Shown one piece after another: positions 12,089 to 27,765 of a stretch of 64,000 nt of DNA (position 1 is the first letter of the stretch; every line of letters begins with the position of its first letter). The DNA comes from the human T2T-CHM13v2.0 reference genome, Homo sapiens, in the NCBI RefSeq assembly GCF_009914755.1, contig NC_060947.1; one strand, given 5' to 3'. A program made the translations under genes and the position numbers. The notes beneath the pieces are model-generated. The model made no database searches. It had not been told where the DNA came from and worked only from the letters and a program-made list of their open reading frames with translations.

Positions 12089-15000
12089 GGGAGCTGCTGG
12101 CAAGATGACCAAATAGGAACAGCTTTGGTCTGCAGCTCCCATTGAGACCAACGCAGAATGCAGGTGATTTCTGCATTTCCAACTGAGTGGTACCTGGAAC
12201 CCCAGCGAGACAGAACCATTCACTGCCCTCAAAAGGGGCTAAAGCCAGGGAGCCAAGTGGTCTTGCTCAGTGGATCCCACTCCCACAGAGCCCAGCAAAC
12301 TAAGAAACACTGACTTGAAATTCTGGCTGCCAACACAGCAGTCTGAAGTCGACCTGGGACAATTGAGCTTGGTGGGTGGAGGGGCATCTGCCATTACTGA
12401 GGCTTGAGTAGGGGGTTTTCTCCTCACAGTGCTAAGGACTAAGTGGAACCCAACACAGTGTAGCAAAGCAGCTGTGGCCAGACTGCCTCTCTAGATTCCT
12501 CTTTAATGGGCAGGGCATCTCTGAAAGAAAGGCAGCAGCCCAAGTCAGGAGCTTATAGATAAAACTCCCATCTAATTGGGACAGAGCACCTGGGGGAAGG
12601 GGCAGCTGTGTGTGCAGCTTCAGTGGACTTAAACTTTTCTGCCTGCCAGATCTGAAGAGAGCAGCTGATCCTGACAGGAAGGGTTCTCCAAGCACAGTGC
12701 TCAATCTCTGCTAAGTGACAGACTTCCTCCTCAAGCGGGTCCCTGACCCTAGTGCCTCCTGACTGGGAGAGGCCTCCCAACAGGGTTTGAAGACACCTCA
12801 AACTGTAAAGCTCCAACTGGCATCAGGCTGGTGCCCCTGTGGGACAAAGCTTCCAGAGGAAGGAGCATGCAGCAATCTTTGCTGTTCTGCAGCCTCCACT
12901 GGTGATACCAAGACAAAGAGGGTCTGGAGTGGACCTCCAGCGAACTGCAGCAGACCTGTAGAAGAGGAGCCTGACTGTTAGAAGAAAAACAAACAGAAAT
13001 CAACATCAACATCAACAAAAAGAACCCCCACTCAGAAACCCAATCCAAAAGTCATAAACTTCAATGATCAAAGGTAGATAAATCCACAAAGATGAGGAAA
13101 AAACAGAGCAATAACACTGAGAATTCTAAAAACCAAAATGCCCCTTCTCCTCCAAATGATTGAAACTCCTCTCCAGCAAGGGAACAAAACTAGACAGAAA
13201 ATGAGTTTGATGAATTGACAGAAGTAGGCTTCAGTAGGTGGGTAATAACAAACTCCTCTGAGCTAAAGGAGCATGTTCTAACCCAATGCAAGGAAGCTAA
13301 GAACCTTCAGAAAAGGTTACAGGAACTGCTAACTAGAATAACCAGTTTAGAGAAGAACATAAATGATGTGGTGGAGCTGAAAAACACAGCAAGAGAACTT
13401 CGTGAAGCATACACAAAAATCAATAGCCAAATTGATCAAGAAGAAGAAAGGATATCAGAGACTGAAGATCAACTTACTGAAATTAGGCATGAAGACGAGA
13501 TTAGAGAACAAAGATTGAAAAGGAACAAAAAATGCCTCCAGGAAATATGGGACTATCTGAAAAGACCAGATCTCCTATTGGGGTCTCTGAAAGAGACAAG
13601 AATGGAACGAAGTTGGAAAACACACTTCAAGATATTATCCAGGAGAACTTCCCCAACCTAGCAAGACAAGCCAACATTCCAATTCAGAAAATGCAGAGAA
13701 GACAACTAAGATACTCCTCGAGAAGAGCAATGCAAAGACACATAATCATCCGATTCTCCAAGGTTGAAATGAAGGAAAAACTATTAAGGGAAACTAGAGA
13801 GAAAGGTCAGGTTACCTACAAAGGGAAGCCCATCAGATTAACAGTGGATCTCTCTGCAGAAACTTTACAAGCCAGAAGAGAGTGGGGACCAATATTCAAC
13901 ATTCTTAAAGAAAAAAATTTTCAACCCAAAATTTCATATCCAGACAAATTAAGCTTCAAAAGTGAAGGAGAAATAAACTCCTTTCCAGTGAAGCAAATGC
14001 TAAGGGATTTTATCACCACCAGGCCTGCCTTGCAAGAGCTCCTGAAGGAAGCACTAAATATGAAAAGGAAAAACCAGGACCAGCCCCTGCAAAAACACAA
14101 CAAAATATAAAGACAGTTGACACTAAGAAGAAACTGCATCAACTAGTGATACCAGCTAGGATCATGATAATGGGATCAAATTCACACATAACAATATTAA
14201 CATTAAATGTAAATGGGCTAAATGCCCAAATTAAAAGACACAGACTGGCAAATTGGATAAAGACTCAAGACCCATTGGTGTGCTGAATTCAGGAGACCCA
14301 TTTTACATGTAAAGACAAACAGGCTCAAAATAAAGGGATGGAGGAATATTTATCAAGCACATGGAAAGGGAAAAAAAAGCAGAGGCTGCATCCTAGTATC
14401 TGATATAACAGACTTTAAACCAACAAAGATCAAAAAAGACAAAGAAGGGTATTACATAATGTTAAAGGGCTCAATGCAACAAGAAGAACGAACTATCCTA
14501 AATACATATGCATCCAATAAAGAAGTACCCAGATTCATAAAACAAGTTATTAAAGACCCACAAAGAGACTTAGACTCCCACACAATAATAGTGGGAGACT
14601 TTAACACACCACTGACAATATTAGACAGATCAATGAGACAGAAAATTAACAAGGATATTCAAAACTTGAACTCAGCTCAGGACCAAGCATACCTAACAGA
14701 TATCTACAGAACTCTCCACCCCAAATCCACAGAATATACATTCTTCTCAGCACCACATAGCACTTATTATAAAATTGACCACATAATTGGAAGTAAAACA
14801 CTTCTCAGCCAATGCAAAAAAAGGGAAATCATAACAAACAGTCTCTCAGAACACTGTGCAATCAAATTAGAACTCAGGATTTAGAAACTCACTCAAAACC
14901 ACACAACTACATGGAAACTGAACAACTTGCTCCTAAATGACTAGTGGGTGAATAACAAAATTAAGGCAGAAACAGTGAAGTTCTTTGAAATCAATGAGAA

Positions 15001-18000
15001 CAAAGAGACAATGTACCAGAATCTCTGGGACACAGTGAAAGCAGTGTTTAGAGGGAAATTTATAGCACGAAATGCCCACATCAGAAAGCAGGAAAGATCT
15101 AAAATCAATACCCTAGCATTACAATTAAAAGAACTAGAGAAGCAAGAGCAAACATATTCAAAAGCTAGCAGAAGACAAGAAATAACTAAGATTAGAGCAG
15201 AAATGAAGGAGAAAGAGACACGAAAAAACCTTCAAAAGATCAATGAATCCAGGAGCTGGCTTTTAGAAAAGATCAACAAAATAGATAGACCACTAGCAAG
15301 ACTAATAAAGAAGAAAAGAGAGAAGAATGAAACAAACACAATAAAATAAGATAAAGAAGAGATCACCACGGATACCACAGAAATAAAAACGAACATCACA
15401 GAGTACTATAAACACCTCTGGGAAAATAAACTAGAAAATCTAGAAGAAATGGATAAATTCCTGGACACATGCACCCTTCCAAGACTAAACTGGGAAGAAG
15501 TTGAATCCCTGAATAGACCAATAACAAGTTCTGAAATTGAGGCAGTAATTAATAACCTACCAACAAAAAAAGTCTGCAACCAGATGGATTCACAGCCGAA
15601 TTCTAACAGAGGTACAAAGAGGAGCTGGTACCATTCCTTCTGAAACTATTCCAAACAATAGAAAAAGAGGGAATCCTCCCTAACTCATTTTATGAGGCCA
15701 CCATCATCCTGATTGCAAAACCTGGCAGAGACACAACAAAAAAAGAAAATTTCAGGCCGATATCAATGGTGCACATCTATGCAAAGATCCTCAATAAAAT
15801 ACTGGCAAACCAAATCCAGAAGCACATCAAAAAGCTTACCCACAATGATCAAGTTGGCTTCATCCCTGGGATGCAAGGCTGATTCAACATATGCAAATTA
15901 ATAAACATAATCCATCACATAAGCAGAACCAATAACAAAAGCTACATGATTCTCTCAATAAATGTGGAAAAGGCCTTCGATAAAATTCAACACTCCTTCA
16001 TGCTAAAAACTCTCAATAAACTAGGTATTGATGGAATATATCTCAAAATAATAAGAGCTATTTATGACAAACTCATAGCCAATATCATACTGAATGGCCA
16101 AAATTTGGAAGCATTCCTGTTGAAAACCAGCACAAGGCGAGGGTGCCCTCTCTCACCACTCCTATTCAACATAGTATTGGAAGTTCTGGCCAGAGTGATT
16201 AGGCAAGGGAAAGAAATAAAGTGTATTCAAATAGAAAGAGAGGAAGTCAAATTGTCTCTATTTGCAGACAACATGCTTGTATATTGAGAAAAGCCCATAG
16301 TATCAGCCCAAAAACTCCTTAAGCTGATAAGCAACTTCAGCAAAGTCTCAGGATGCAAAATCAACATGCAAAAATCACAAGCATTCCTATACACCAATAA
16401 TAGATAAACAGAGAGCCAAATCATGAGTGAACTCCCATTCACAATTGCTACAAAAATAATAAAGTATGTAGGAATACAACTTACAAGGGAAATGGAGGAC
16501 CTCTTCAAGGAGAACTACAGACCACTGCTCAAGTAAATAAGAGAGGAAACAACAAATGGAAAAATATTCCATGCTCACGGATAGGAAGAATCAATATTGT
16601 GAAAATGGCCGTACTGCCCAAAGTAATTTATAGATTCAGTGCTATTCCCATCAAGCTACCACTGACTTTCTTCACAGAAGTAGAATAAAACTACTTTAAA
16701 TTTCATATGAAAACAAAAAAGAGCCTGTACAGCCAAACAATCCTAAGCAAAAAACAAACAAACAAAAAACAAAAACAAAAGCACAACAAAACAAAACAAA
16801 GCTGGAGGCATCACGCTACCTGACTTCAAACTATGCTACAAGGCTACAGTAACCAAAACAGCATGATACTGGTACCAAAACAGATATATCAACCAATGGA
16901 ACAGGACAGAGGCCTCACAAATAACACCACACATCTACAACCATCTGACCTTTGACAAACCCAACAAAAACAAGCAATGGGGAAAGGACTACCTATTTAA
17001 AAAATGGTGCTGGAAGAACTGGCTAGCTGTATGCAGAAAATTAAAACTGTAACTCTTCCTTACATTTTATACAAAAAGTAACTCAAGATGGATTAAAGAC
17101 TTAAATGTAAAACCCCATTTATAAAAACCCTAGAAGAAAATCTAGGCAATACCGTTCAGGACATAGACATGGTCAAAGATTTTATGATGAAATCGCTGAA
17201 AGAAATTTCAACAAAAGCAAAAATTGACAAATGATATCCAGTTAAACTAAAGAGCTTCTACACCACAAAAGAAACTATCATCAGAGTGAACAGACAACCT
17301 ACAGAGTGGGAGAAAATCTTTGCAATCTATCCATCTGACAAAGGGCTAATATCCAGAATCTACAAGGAACTTAAGCAAATTTACAAGAAAAAAAAACATT
17401 AAAAAGTGGGCATAGGACATGAACAGACACTTCTCAAAGGGACACATACATGTGACCAAAAATCATATGAAAAAAAGCTCAACATCACTGATCATTAGAT
17501 AAATGCAAATCAAAACCACAATGAGATACCATCTCATGCCAGTCAGAATGGTGATTATTAAAAAGTCAAGAAACAACAAATGCTGACAAGGTTGTGGTGA
17601 AATAGGAATGCTTTTACACTGTTGATGGGAATGTAAATTAGTTCAACCATTGTAGAAGACACTGTGGCGATTCCTGAAAGACTCAAAACCAGAAATACCA
17701 TTTGACCCAGCAATCCCATTACTGGGCATATACCCAAAGGAATATAAATCATTCTATTATAAAGATACATGCACGTGTATGTTCACAATAGCAAAGACAT
17801 GGAATCAGTCCACATGCCTATCAATGATAGACTGGATAAGGAAAATGTGGTACATATACATTATGGAATACTATGCAGCCTTGAAAAGAAACAAGATCAT
17901 GTCTTTTGCAGGAAAATGGATGAAGCTGGAAGACATTATCCTCAGAAAACTAACATAGGAACAGAAAACCAAACACCACATGTTCTCACTCTTAAGTGGG

Positions 18001-18221
18001 AGCTGAACAATTAGAACACATGGACACAAAGAGGGGAACAACACACACTGGAGCCTGGCAGGGGAGGGCAGGAGACAGACAGCATCAGAAAAAATAGTTA
18101 ATGCATGCCAGGCTTAATACCTAGGTGATGGGTTGATAGGTTCAGCAAGCCACCATGACACACATTTACCTATGTAACAAGCCTGCACATCCTGCACATG
18201 TACTGCAGAACTTAAAAATAA
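12089..18221 (+). mobile_element. Near full-length LINE-1, L1PA8/L1PA10-like, degenerate ORFs, with ~325 nt missing from the 5'UTR (candidate spliced retrocopy)
   Basis: 5' end GGGAGCTGCTGGCAAGATGACCAAATAGGAACAG. ORF1 fragments 13215..13661 and 13532..14110. ORF2 fragments 14459..16287. 3'UTR AGCATCAGAAAAAATAGTTAATGCATGCCAGGCTTAATACCTAGGTGATGGG...GAACTTAAAAATAA. Confidence 0.9.
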
Positions 18222-18362
18222 GAATTCTGGAGTTAAAAAATATAGTAACCAAAATGAAATTTACTAGAGTTGCCCAAGAGAGCTTTGAAGTGGCAGAAAA
18301 AAAAATCATCAAACTTTGAGAGAGATCAATAGAGAGAATGTACTGTTAAGAACAGAGAGAGG

Positions 18363-19266
18363 GGATATACCCAAGATGGCCGAATAGGAACAGCTCCGGT
18401 CTACAGCTCCCAGCGTGAGCGACGCAGAAGATGGGTGATTTCTGCATTTCCATCTGAGGTACCGGGTTCATCTCACTAGGGAGTGCCAGACAGTGGGCGC
18501 AGGCCAGTGTGTGTGCGCACCGTGCGCGAGCCGAAGCAGGGCAAGGCATTGCCTCATCTGGGAAGCGCAAGGGGTCAGGGAGTTCCCTTTCCGAGTCAAA
18601 GAAAGGGGTGACGGACGCACCTGGAAAATCGGGTCACTCCCACCCGAATATTGCGCTTTTCAGACCGGCTTAAGAAACGGCGCACCACGAGACTATATCC
18701 CACACCTGGCTCAGAGGGTCCTACGCCCACGGAATCTCGCTGATTGCTAGCACAGCAGTCTGAGATCAAACTGCAAGGCGGCAACGAGGCTGGGGGAGGG
18801 GCGCCCGCCATTGCCCAGGCTTGCTTAGGTAAACAAAGCAGCCGGGAAGCTCGAACTGGGTGGAGCCCACCACAGCTCAAGGAGGCCTGCCTGCCTCTGT
18901 AGGCTCCACCTCTGGGGGCAGGGCACAGACAAACAAAAAGACAGCAGTAACCTCTGCAGACTTAAGTGTCCCTGTCTGACACCTTTGAAGAGAGCAGTGG
19001 TTCTCCCAGCACGCAGCTGGAGATCTGAGAGCGGGCAGACTGCCTCCTCAAGTGGGTCCCTGACCCCTGACCCCCGAGCAGCCTAACTGGGAGGCACCCC
19101 CCAGCAGGGGCACACTGACACCTCACACGGCAGGGTATTCCAACAGACCTGCAGCTGAGGGTCCTGTCCGTTAGAAGGAAAACTAACAACCAGAAAGGAC
19201 ATCTACACCAAAAACCCATCTGTACATCACCATCATCAAAGACCAAAAGTAGATAAAACCACAAAG
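18363..19266 (+). promoter_or_regulatory. L1HS 5'UTR: CpG-rich internal sense promoter plus antisense promoter
   Basis: YY1 site AAGATGGCC at 18373-18381. RUNX3-type site ~18444-18462 overlapping the +97 splice donor (GAG/GT, 18458/18459). SOX-type AACAAA at 18832-18837 and 18932-18937. CpGs are retained here, unlike the rest of the window. Confidence 0.9.
18596..18811 (-). CDS. ORF0: L1 ORF0 (71 aa primate antisense ORF)
   Basis: ATG at 18811-18809. The translation MAGAPPPASLPPCSLISDCCASNQRDSVGVGPSEPGVGYSLVVRRFLSRSEKRNIRVGVTRFSRCVRHPFL is the last 71 aa of track ORF 18596..18880 and matches L1HS ORF0. Confidence 0.9.
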   Translation of the reverse strand: MAGAPPPASLPPCSLISDCCASNQRDSVGVGPSEPGVGYSLVVRRFLSRSEKRNIRVGVTRFSRCVRHPFL

Positions 19267-20283
19267 ATGGGGAAAAAACAGAACAGAAAAACTGGAAACT
19301 CTAAAATGCAGAGCGCCTCTCCTCCTCCAAAGGAACGCAGTTCCTCACCAGCAACAGAACAAAGCTGGATGGAGAATGATTTTGACGAGCTGAGAGAAGA
19401 AGGCTTCAGACGATCAAATTACTCTGAGCTACGGGAGGACATTCAAACCAAAGGCAAAGAAGTTGAAAACTTTGAAAAAAATTTAGAAGAATGTATAACT
19501 AGAATAACCAATACAGAGAAGTGCTTAAAGGAGCTGATGGAGCTGAAAACCAAGGCTCGAGAACTACGTGAAGAATGCAGAAGCCTCAGGAGCCGATGCG
19601 ATCAACTGGAAGAAAGGGTATCAGCAATGGAAGTTGAAATGAATGAAATGAAGCGAGAAGGGAAGTTTAGAGAAAAAAGAATAAAAAGAAATGAGCAAAG
19701 CCTCCAAGAAATATGGGACTATGTGAAAAGACCAAATCTACGTCTGATTGGTGTACCTGAAAGTGATGTGGAGAATGGAACCAAGTTGGAAAACACTCTG
19801 CAGGATATTATCCAGGAGAACTTCCCCAATCTAGCAAGGCAGGCCAAAGTTCAGATTCAGGAAATACAGAGAACGCCACAAAGATACTCCTCGAGAAGAG
19901 CAACTCCAAGACACATAATTGTCAGATTCACCAAAGTTGAAATGAAGGAAAAAATGTTAAGGGCAGCCAGAGAGAAAGGTCGGGTTACCCTCAAAGGAAA
20001 GCCCATCAGACTAACAGCGGATCTCTCGGCAGAAACCCTACAAGCCAGAAGGGAGTGGGGGCCAATATTCAACATTCTTAAAGAAAAGAATTTTCAACCC
20101 AGAATTTCATATCCAGCCAAACTAAGCTTCATAAGTGAAGGAGAAATAAAATACTTTATAGACAAGCAAATGCTGAGAGATTTTGTCACCACCAGGCCTG
20201 CCCTAAAAGAGCTCCTGAAGGAAGCGCTAAACATGGAAAGGAACAACCGGTACCAGCCGCTGCAAAATCATGCCAAAATGTAA
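19267..20283 (+). CDS. ORF1: LINE-1 ORF1p, RNA-binding trimeric chaperone (coiled coil-RRM-CTD), 338 aa
   Basis: MGKKQNRKTG...QNHAKM. REKG, ARR and YPAKLS motifs and the S18/S27/T203/T213 proline-directed sites are intact. Confidence 0.99.
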   Translation: MGKKQNRKTGNSKMQSASPPPKERSSSPATEQSWMENDFDELREEGFRRSNYSELREDIQTKGKEVENFEKNLEECITRITNTEKCLKELMELKTKARELREECRSLRSRCDQLEERVSAMEVEMNEMKREGKFREKRIKRNEQSLQEIWDYVKRPNLRLIGVPESDVENGTKLENTLQDIIQENFPNLARQAKVQIQEIQRTPQRYSSRRATPRHIIVRFTKVEMKEKMLRAAREKGRVTLKGKPIRLTADLSAETLQARREWGPIFNILKEKNFQPRISYPAKLSFISEGEIKYFIDKQMLRDFVTTRPALKELLKEALNMERNNRYQPLQNHAKM

Positions 20284-20322
20284 AGACCATCGAGACTAGG
20301 AAGAAACTGCATCAACTAATGA

Positions 20323-24174
<3,852 letters not shown>

Positions 24175-24429
24175 ACAATGAGATCACATGGACACAGGAA
24201 GGGGAATATCACACTCTGGGGACTGTGGTGGGGTCGGGGAAGGGGGGAGGGATAGCATTGGGAGATATACCTAATGCTAGATGACACATTAGTGGGTGCA
24301 GCGCACCAGCATGGCACATGTATACATATGTAACTAACCTGCACAATGTGCACATGTACCCTAAAACTTAGAGTATAATAAAAAAAAAAAAAAGAAAAAA
24401 GAAAATACTCCTAAAAAAAAAAAAAAAAA
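24175..24429 (+). terminator. L1HS 3'UTR with G-rich tract, AATAAA and bipartite poly(A)
   Basis: G-tract at 24218-24251. AATAAA at 24377-24382. A-run, then GAAAAAAGAAAATACTCCT (24394-24412), then a second A-run. Confidence 0.9.
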
Positions 24430-24895
24430 AACAGAGAGAGGAAAAAAAGAAAAATGAATAGAGTCTCAGAGAAATTTCAGACGCCATTAAGTACAACAAA
24501 TGCATGTAATGAGAGTACCAGAAAGAGATGAAAAAGAAAACAAAAATAGTATCTGAAAAATTAATGACTCCAACTTCTTGAATTTGATAAAAGCATTAAT
24601 CAAGACACCCAAGAAGCTCAACAAACTCCAATTATAATAAATAGAGGCCTACACCGAAATACAACCCAGTCAAAATGTTGAAACTAAAGATAAAGTGAAA
24701 ATCTTTACAGCATTGAGATAAAAATGACCCATCAGGAAGAAGAGAACCTCAGTAAGATTAAAAGCTGCCTTCTCACAATAAATAATTGAGACCAAAAAAT
24801 AATGGATGATGACATATTCAAACTGTTAAAAAAATTAATTGAAAATCTTGTATCCAGCAAAACTATTATTCAGAAATAAAGAAAAAGTTAACATC

Positions 24896-27765
24896 ACCAA
24901 AAATGACAGAATAGGGTATTTCAAAACTCCATTCCTGCATAAAAGCAATAACTAGACCAACAAAACTTGTCAAAATAAACATTTTTGGCCTTTTGAAACT
25001 TAACTTAGAAACTTCAGATAATGAAGAAAGAGTTAACAAAAAAAGAAGCTGCTAAATTTTAGTAAGAGAACATTGTAGTATATTAAATTCACCTAGCACC
25101 ACCATTTATCAGATTGATTGTAGCCTTGGAAATGGTGGCTCATGTTCGTTTTGTGGCTTGCTGCCAAAGGATGCAGTATCGATATTGTTAAAGAATTTTG
25201 GTTGTATATTTTGACTTGTCTAGCGATTTTCTAAAGAATTGGCTCAGGAGTTTGCCTTGTTTTGCCCACCTCAAAACATTCTTAAGGCTGTAGTAGGCTC
25301 TTAGATGATATTTCCAAATCTGTTTTTAAAAGCTATACTAACTGCAGTTACTGGGAGCAAGGCACAACAAGTATGACAATCACCAGGCAGGTGGAAATGT
25401 CTTTTATTAAAAAAAGAGAGAGGTTGGGAAAGAAGACACATGCGAGTATAAGGGATTAGAAAGTTTCTGCATATTCTGAGGAATCTAGAAGGTTAGACAA
25501 TGCCAGGGCTAAATAAATTCTCAGAAAATATTTTAAATGACCCCAAGCTTTCACATTTAACTGACCTTTAGGCTTCAAACAAACAGGAACTGAAGGCTAA
25601 GAAATATTCATACAAAGTCTGCTAAATATAGGAGTTTCTCAACACAGTCAAAATGAAAAGACCATGACAAGATATTTTTGTTGGCCTCAGTCATTTCAGA
25701 AAATCTATGTCAAATTACCAGCTGACCACTAAGATATCAGAATAAGAACATCAGTGACCACACATAACAAAATGTACAGTCTTATAAAAATAGTTACAAT
25801 AGTCACTAACAAATCAATAAACAACAACCTACAACAAGTAGCAACAACAAACCCTGGTGAGGGGAAGGTGGTCTCATTTCCAGAGTTAAAATATTAAAAT
25901 CTTCAAAATATTCAGTTTTCAACAAAAAGCTATGAGGTGTGCAAAAAAACAAGAAAGCATAGCCAATTCACAGGAAAAATAATAAGCAGAAATTATCACA
26001 GACTAAGCCAAGGTATTGGATACACTAGAAATAACTTTAAATCAATTATCTTTAATATTATCAGAGAACTAAAAGAAATCATGTGCAAAGAACTAAAGGA
26101 GTCAGAAGAATGATGTCCCCCCAAATGGAGAATATTAATACAAACATAGAAATAATAATAATAATAAAATTTAAAATTCTGGAGCTGAAAAGCAAAATAA
26201 CCGAAAAGAAAAAAATTCACTTGAAAGATTCAACAGAAGATTTGAATAAGCAGGAGAAAGAATTAGCAATGTTCAAGATAGATAAATGGAAATTATCCAA
26301 TCTGAGGAGGAAACCTGACTAGAACCTAAGAAATTTATGGGCCACCATCAAGCATAACAACATGACTATAATTGAAATCTCAGGAGAAGAAAGAAAAAGA
26401 GGCACAAACAATAGTTGTTGAAATAATGGCTGAAAATTTGCCAAATTTTATAAAACACATAAATCTAAACATTCAAGAAGCTCCACAAATCTGAAACAGA
26501 ATAAAATCAGAGTTTGACACAGAGACATATTGAATCCAACTGTTGGAAGGCAAAGGCAAGGAGAGAATCCTGAAAGCAGCAAGAGAGAAGAGATTTTTCA
26601 CACAGAATGTATGCTCAATAAGATTAAAATCCAATTTCTCTTTAGAAGCCACAAAGGGCAGAAAGCAGTGGAATGTCATACAAGTGCTGAAAGAAAACTA
26701 AAACCCTATCAATCAAGAATTATTCATTAAGCAAAAATATACTTCAAAAATGTAGAGGTAATCAAGATATTTCCAGGTAAATAAGAACTGAGGGAGTTCA
26801 TTTCTAGTAGAACTACTCAAAAGAAAGTGGTAAGGTAAGTATTTTTGGCTGAAATGAAAGGACACTAGACAGTAACTCAGTCATAGAAATAAAGAATATT
26901 GGTCAAAGTAACTATGTAGAAAAATAGAAAAGAGAATATTATTGTACTTAGGTTTGTAATTGTATCCTTACAAAAGATATAATTATAAACATATACACAC
27001 CTAACAAAAGTGCCCCCAAAATACACAAAGCAAAGATAAACAGAGTTGAAGAAGAAATAGATGGTTCTTCAATAATAGTTAGAAACTTTAATTATATAAT
27101 TTCAGTAATGGCTAGAACAACTAGATAATAATCAATAATAAAACAGATGGCTTGAAAACAATTACAAACCAATGATACTTAACAGGCAGTAAACACCACA
27201 ATACACATGGAACAGTCTTCAGCGTAGACTATATATTAGGCCACAAGCAAATTTTAACCGACTTCAAATATTGAATTTAAAGTATCTTTTTTCCAAGACA
27301 ATATAATAAAACTAGAAATTAATAATAGAGGGAAAATTAGAAAATTTACAAATATATAAAATTAAACAATGCTTTCTTAAAAACACATTAGTCCAAAAAA
27401 ATCACAAAAGTAATTAGCAATTATTTGGAGAAAAATAAAAACAAGAACATAATATGCCAAAACTTATGGGCTGCAGAAAAAGCAGTGCTCAAATGGACAT
27501 TTATACCATTTAATGTCCACATTAAGAAAAAAAGAATATCTTAAATCAAAAACAGGTTTTCTTTAGAAGATTAAAAAAAGAAAATGCAAATAAACCCAAA
27601 TAAATAAAAAACTATTATTTCTCAATAAGATCACATCAGAGATAAGTAAAAGGAAGAATAGTAAAATAATACAATGAACAAAACAAAAAGTCGATTCTTA
27701 GAAAGTATCAACACAATTTAAAAAGTTTAGCAATATTGACTAAAACAAAATATTTTAAAAACTCT
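24896..27765 (+). mobile_element. Ancient L1M (L1MC/L1M4-like) 5'UTR, ORF1 and start of ORF2, highly degenerate
   Basis: ORF1-like AAATTCTGGAGCTGAAAAG..., GAAATAATGGCTGAAAATTTGCCAAA and CCTGAAAGCAGCAAGAGA (26170-26590). EN-like remnants at 26990-27500. Confidence 0.7.

Noticed and set aside
16748-16802. (CAAA/CAAAA)n expansion inside ORF2 of the L1PA8/10 copy
   Set aside because: Ordinary slippage of an A-rich L1 tract in a dead element.
18361-18375. Similarity of the L1HS 5' filler to internal L1 sequence (ATATACCCAA at 23881-23890; GATATACC at 24264-24271)
   Set aside because: Matches of 8-10 nt, partly made of consensus bases, are too short to establish templating.
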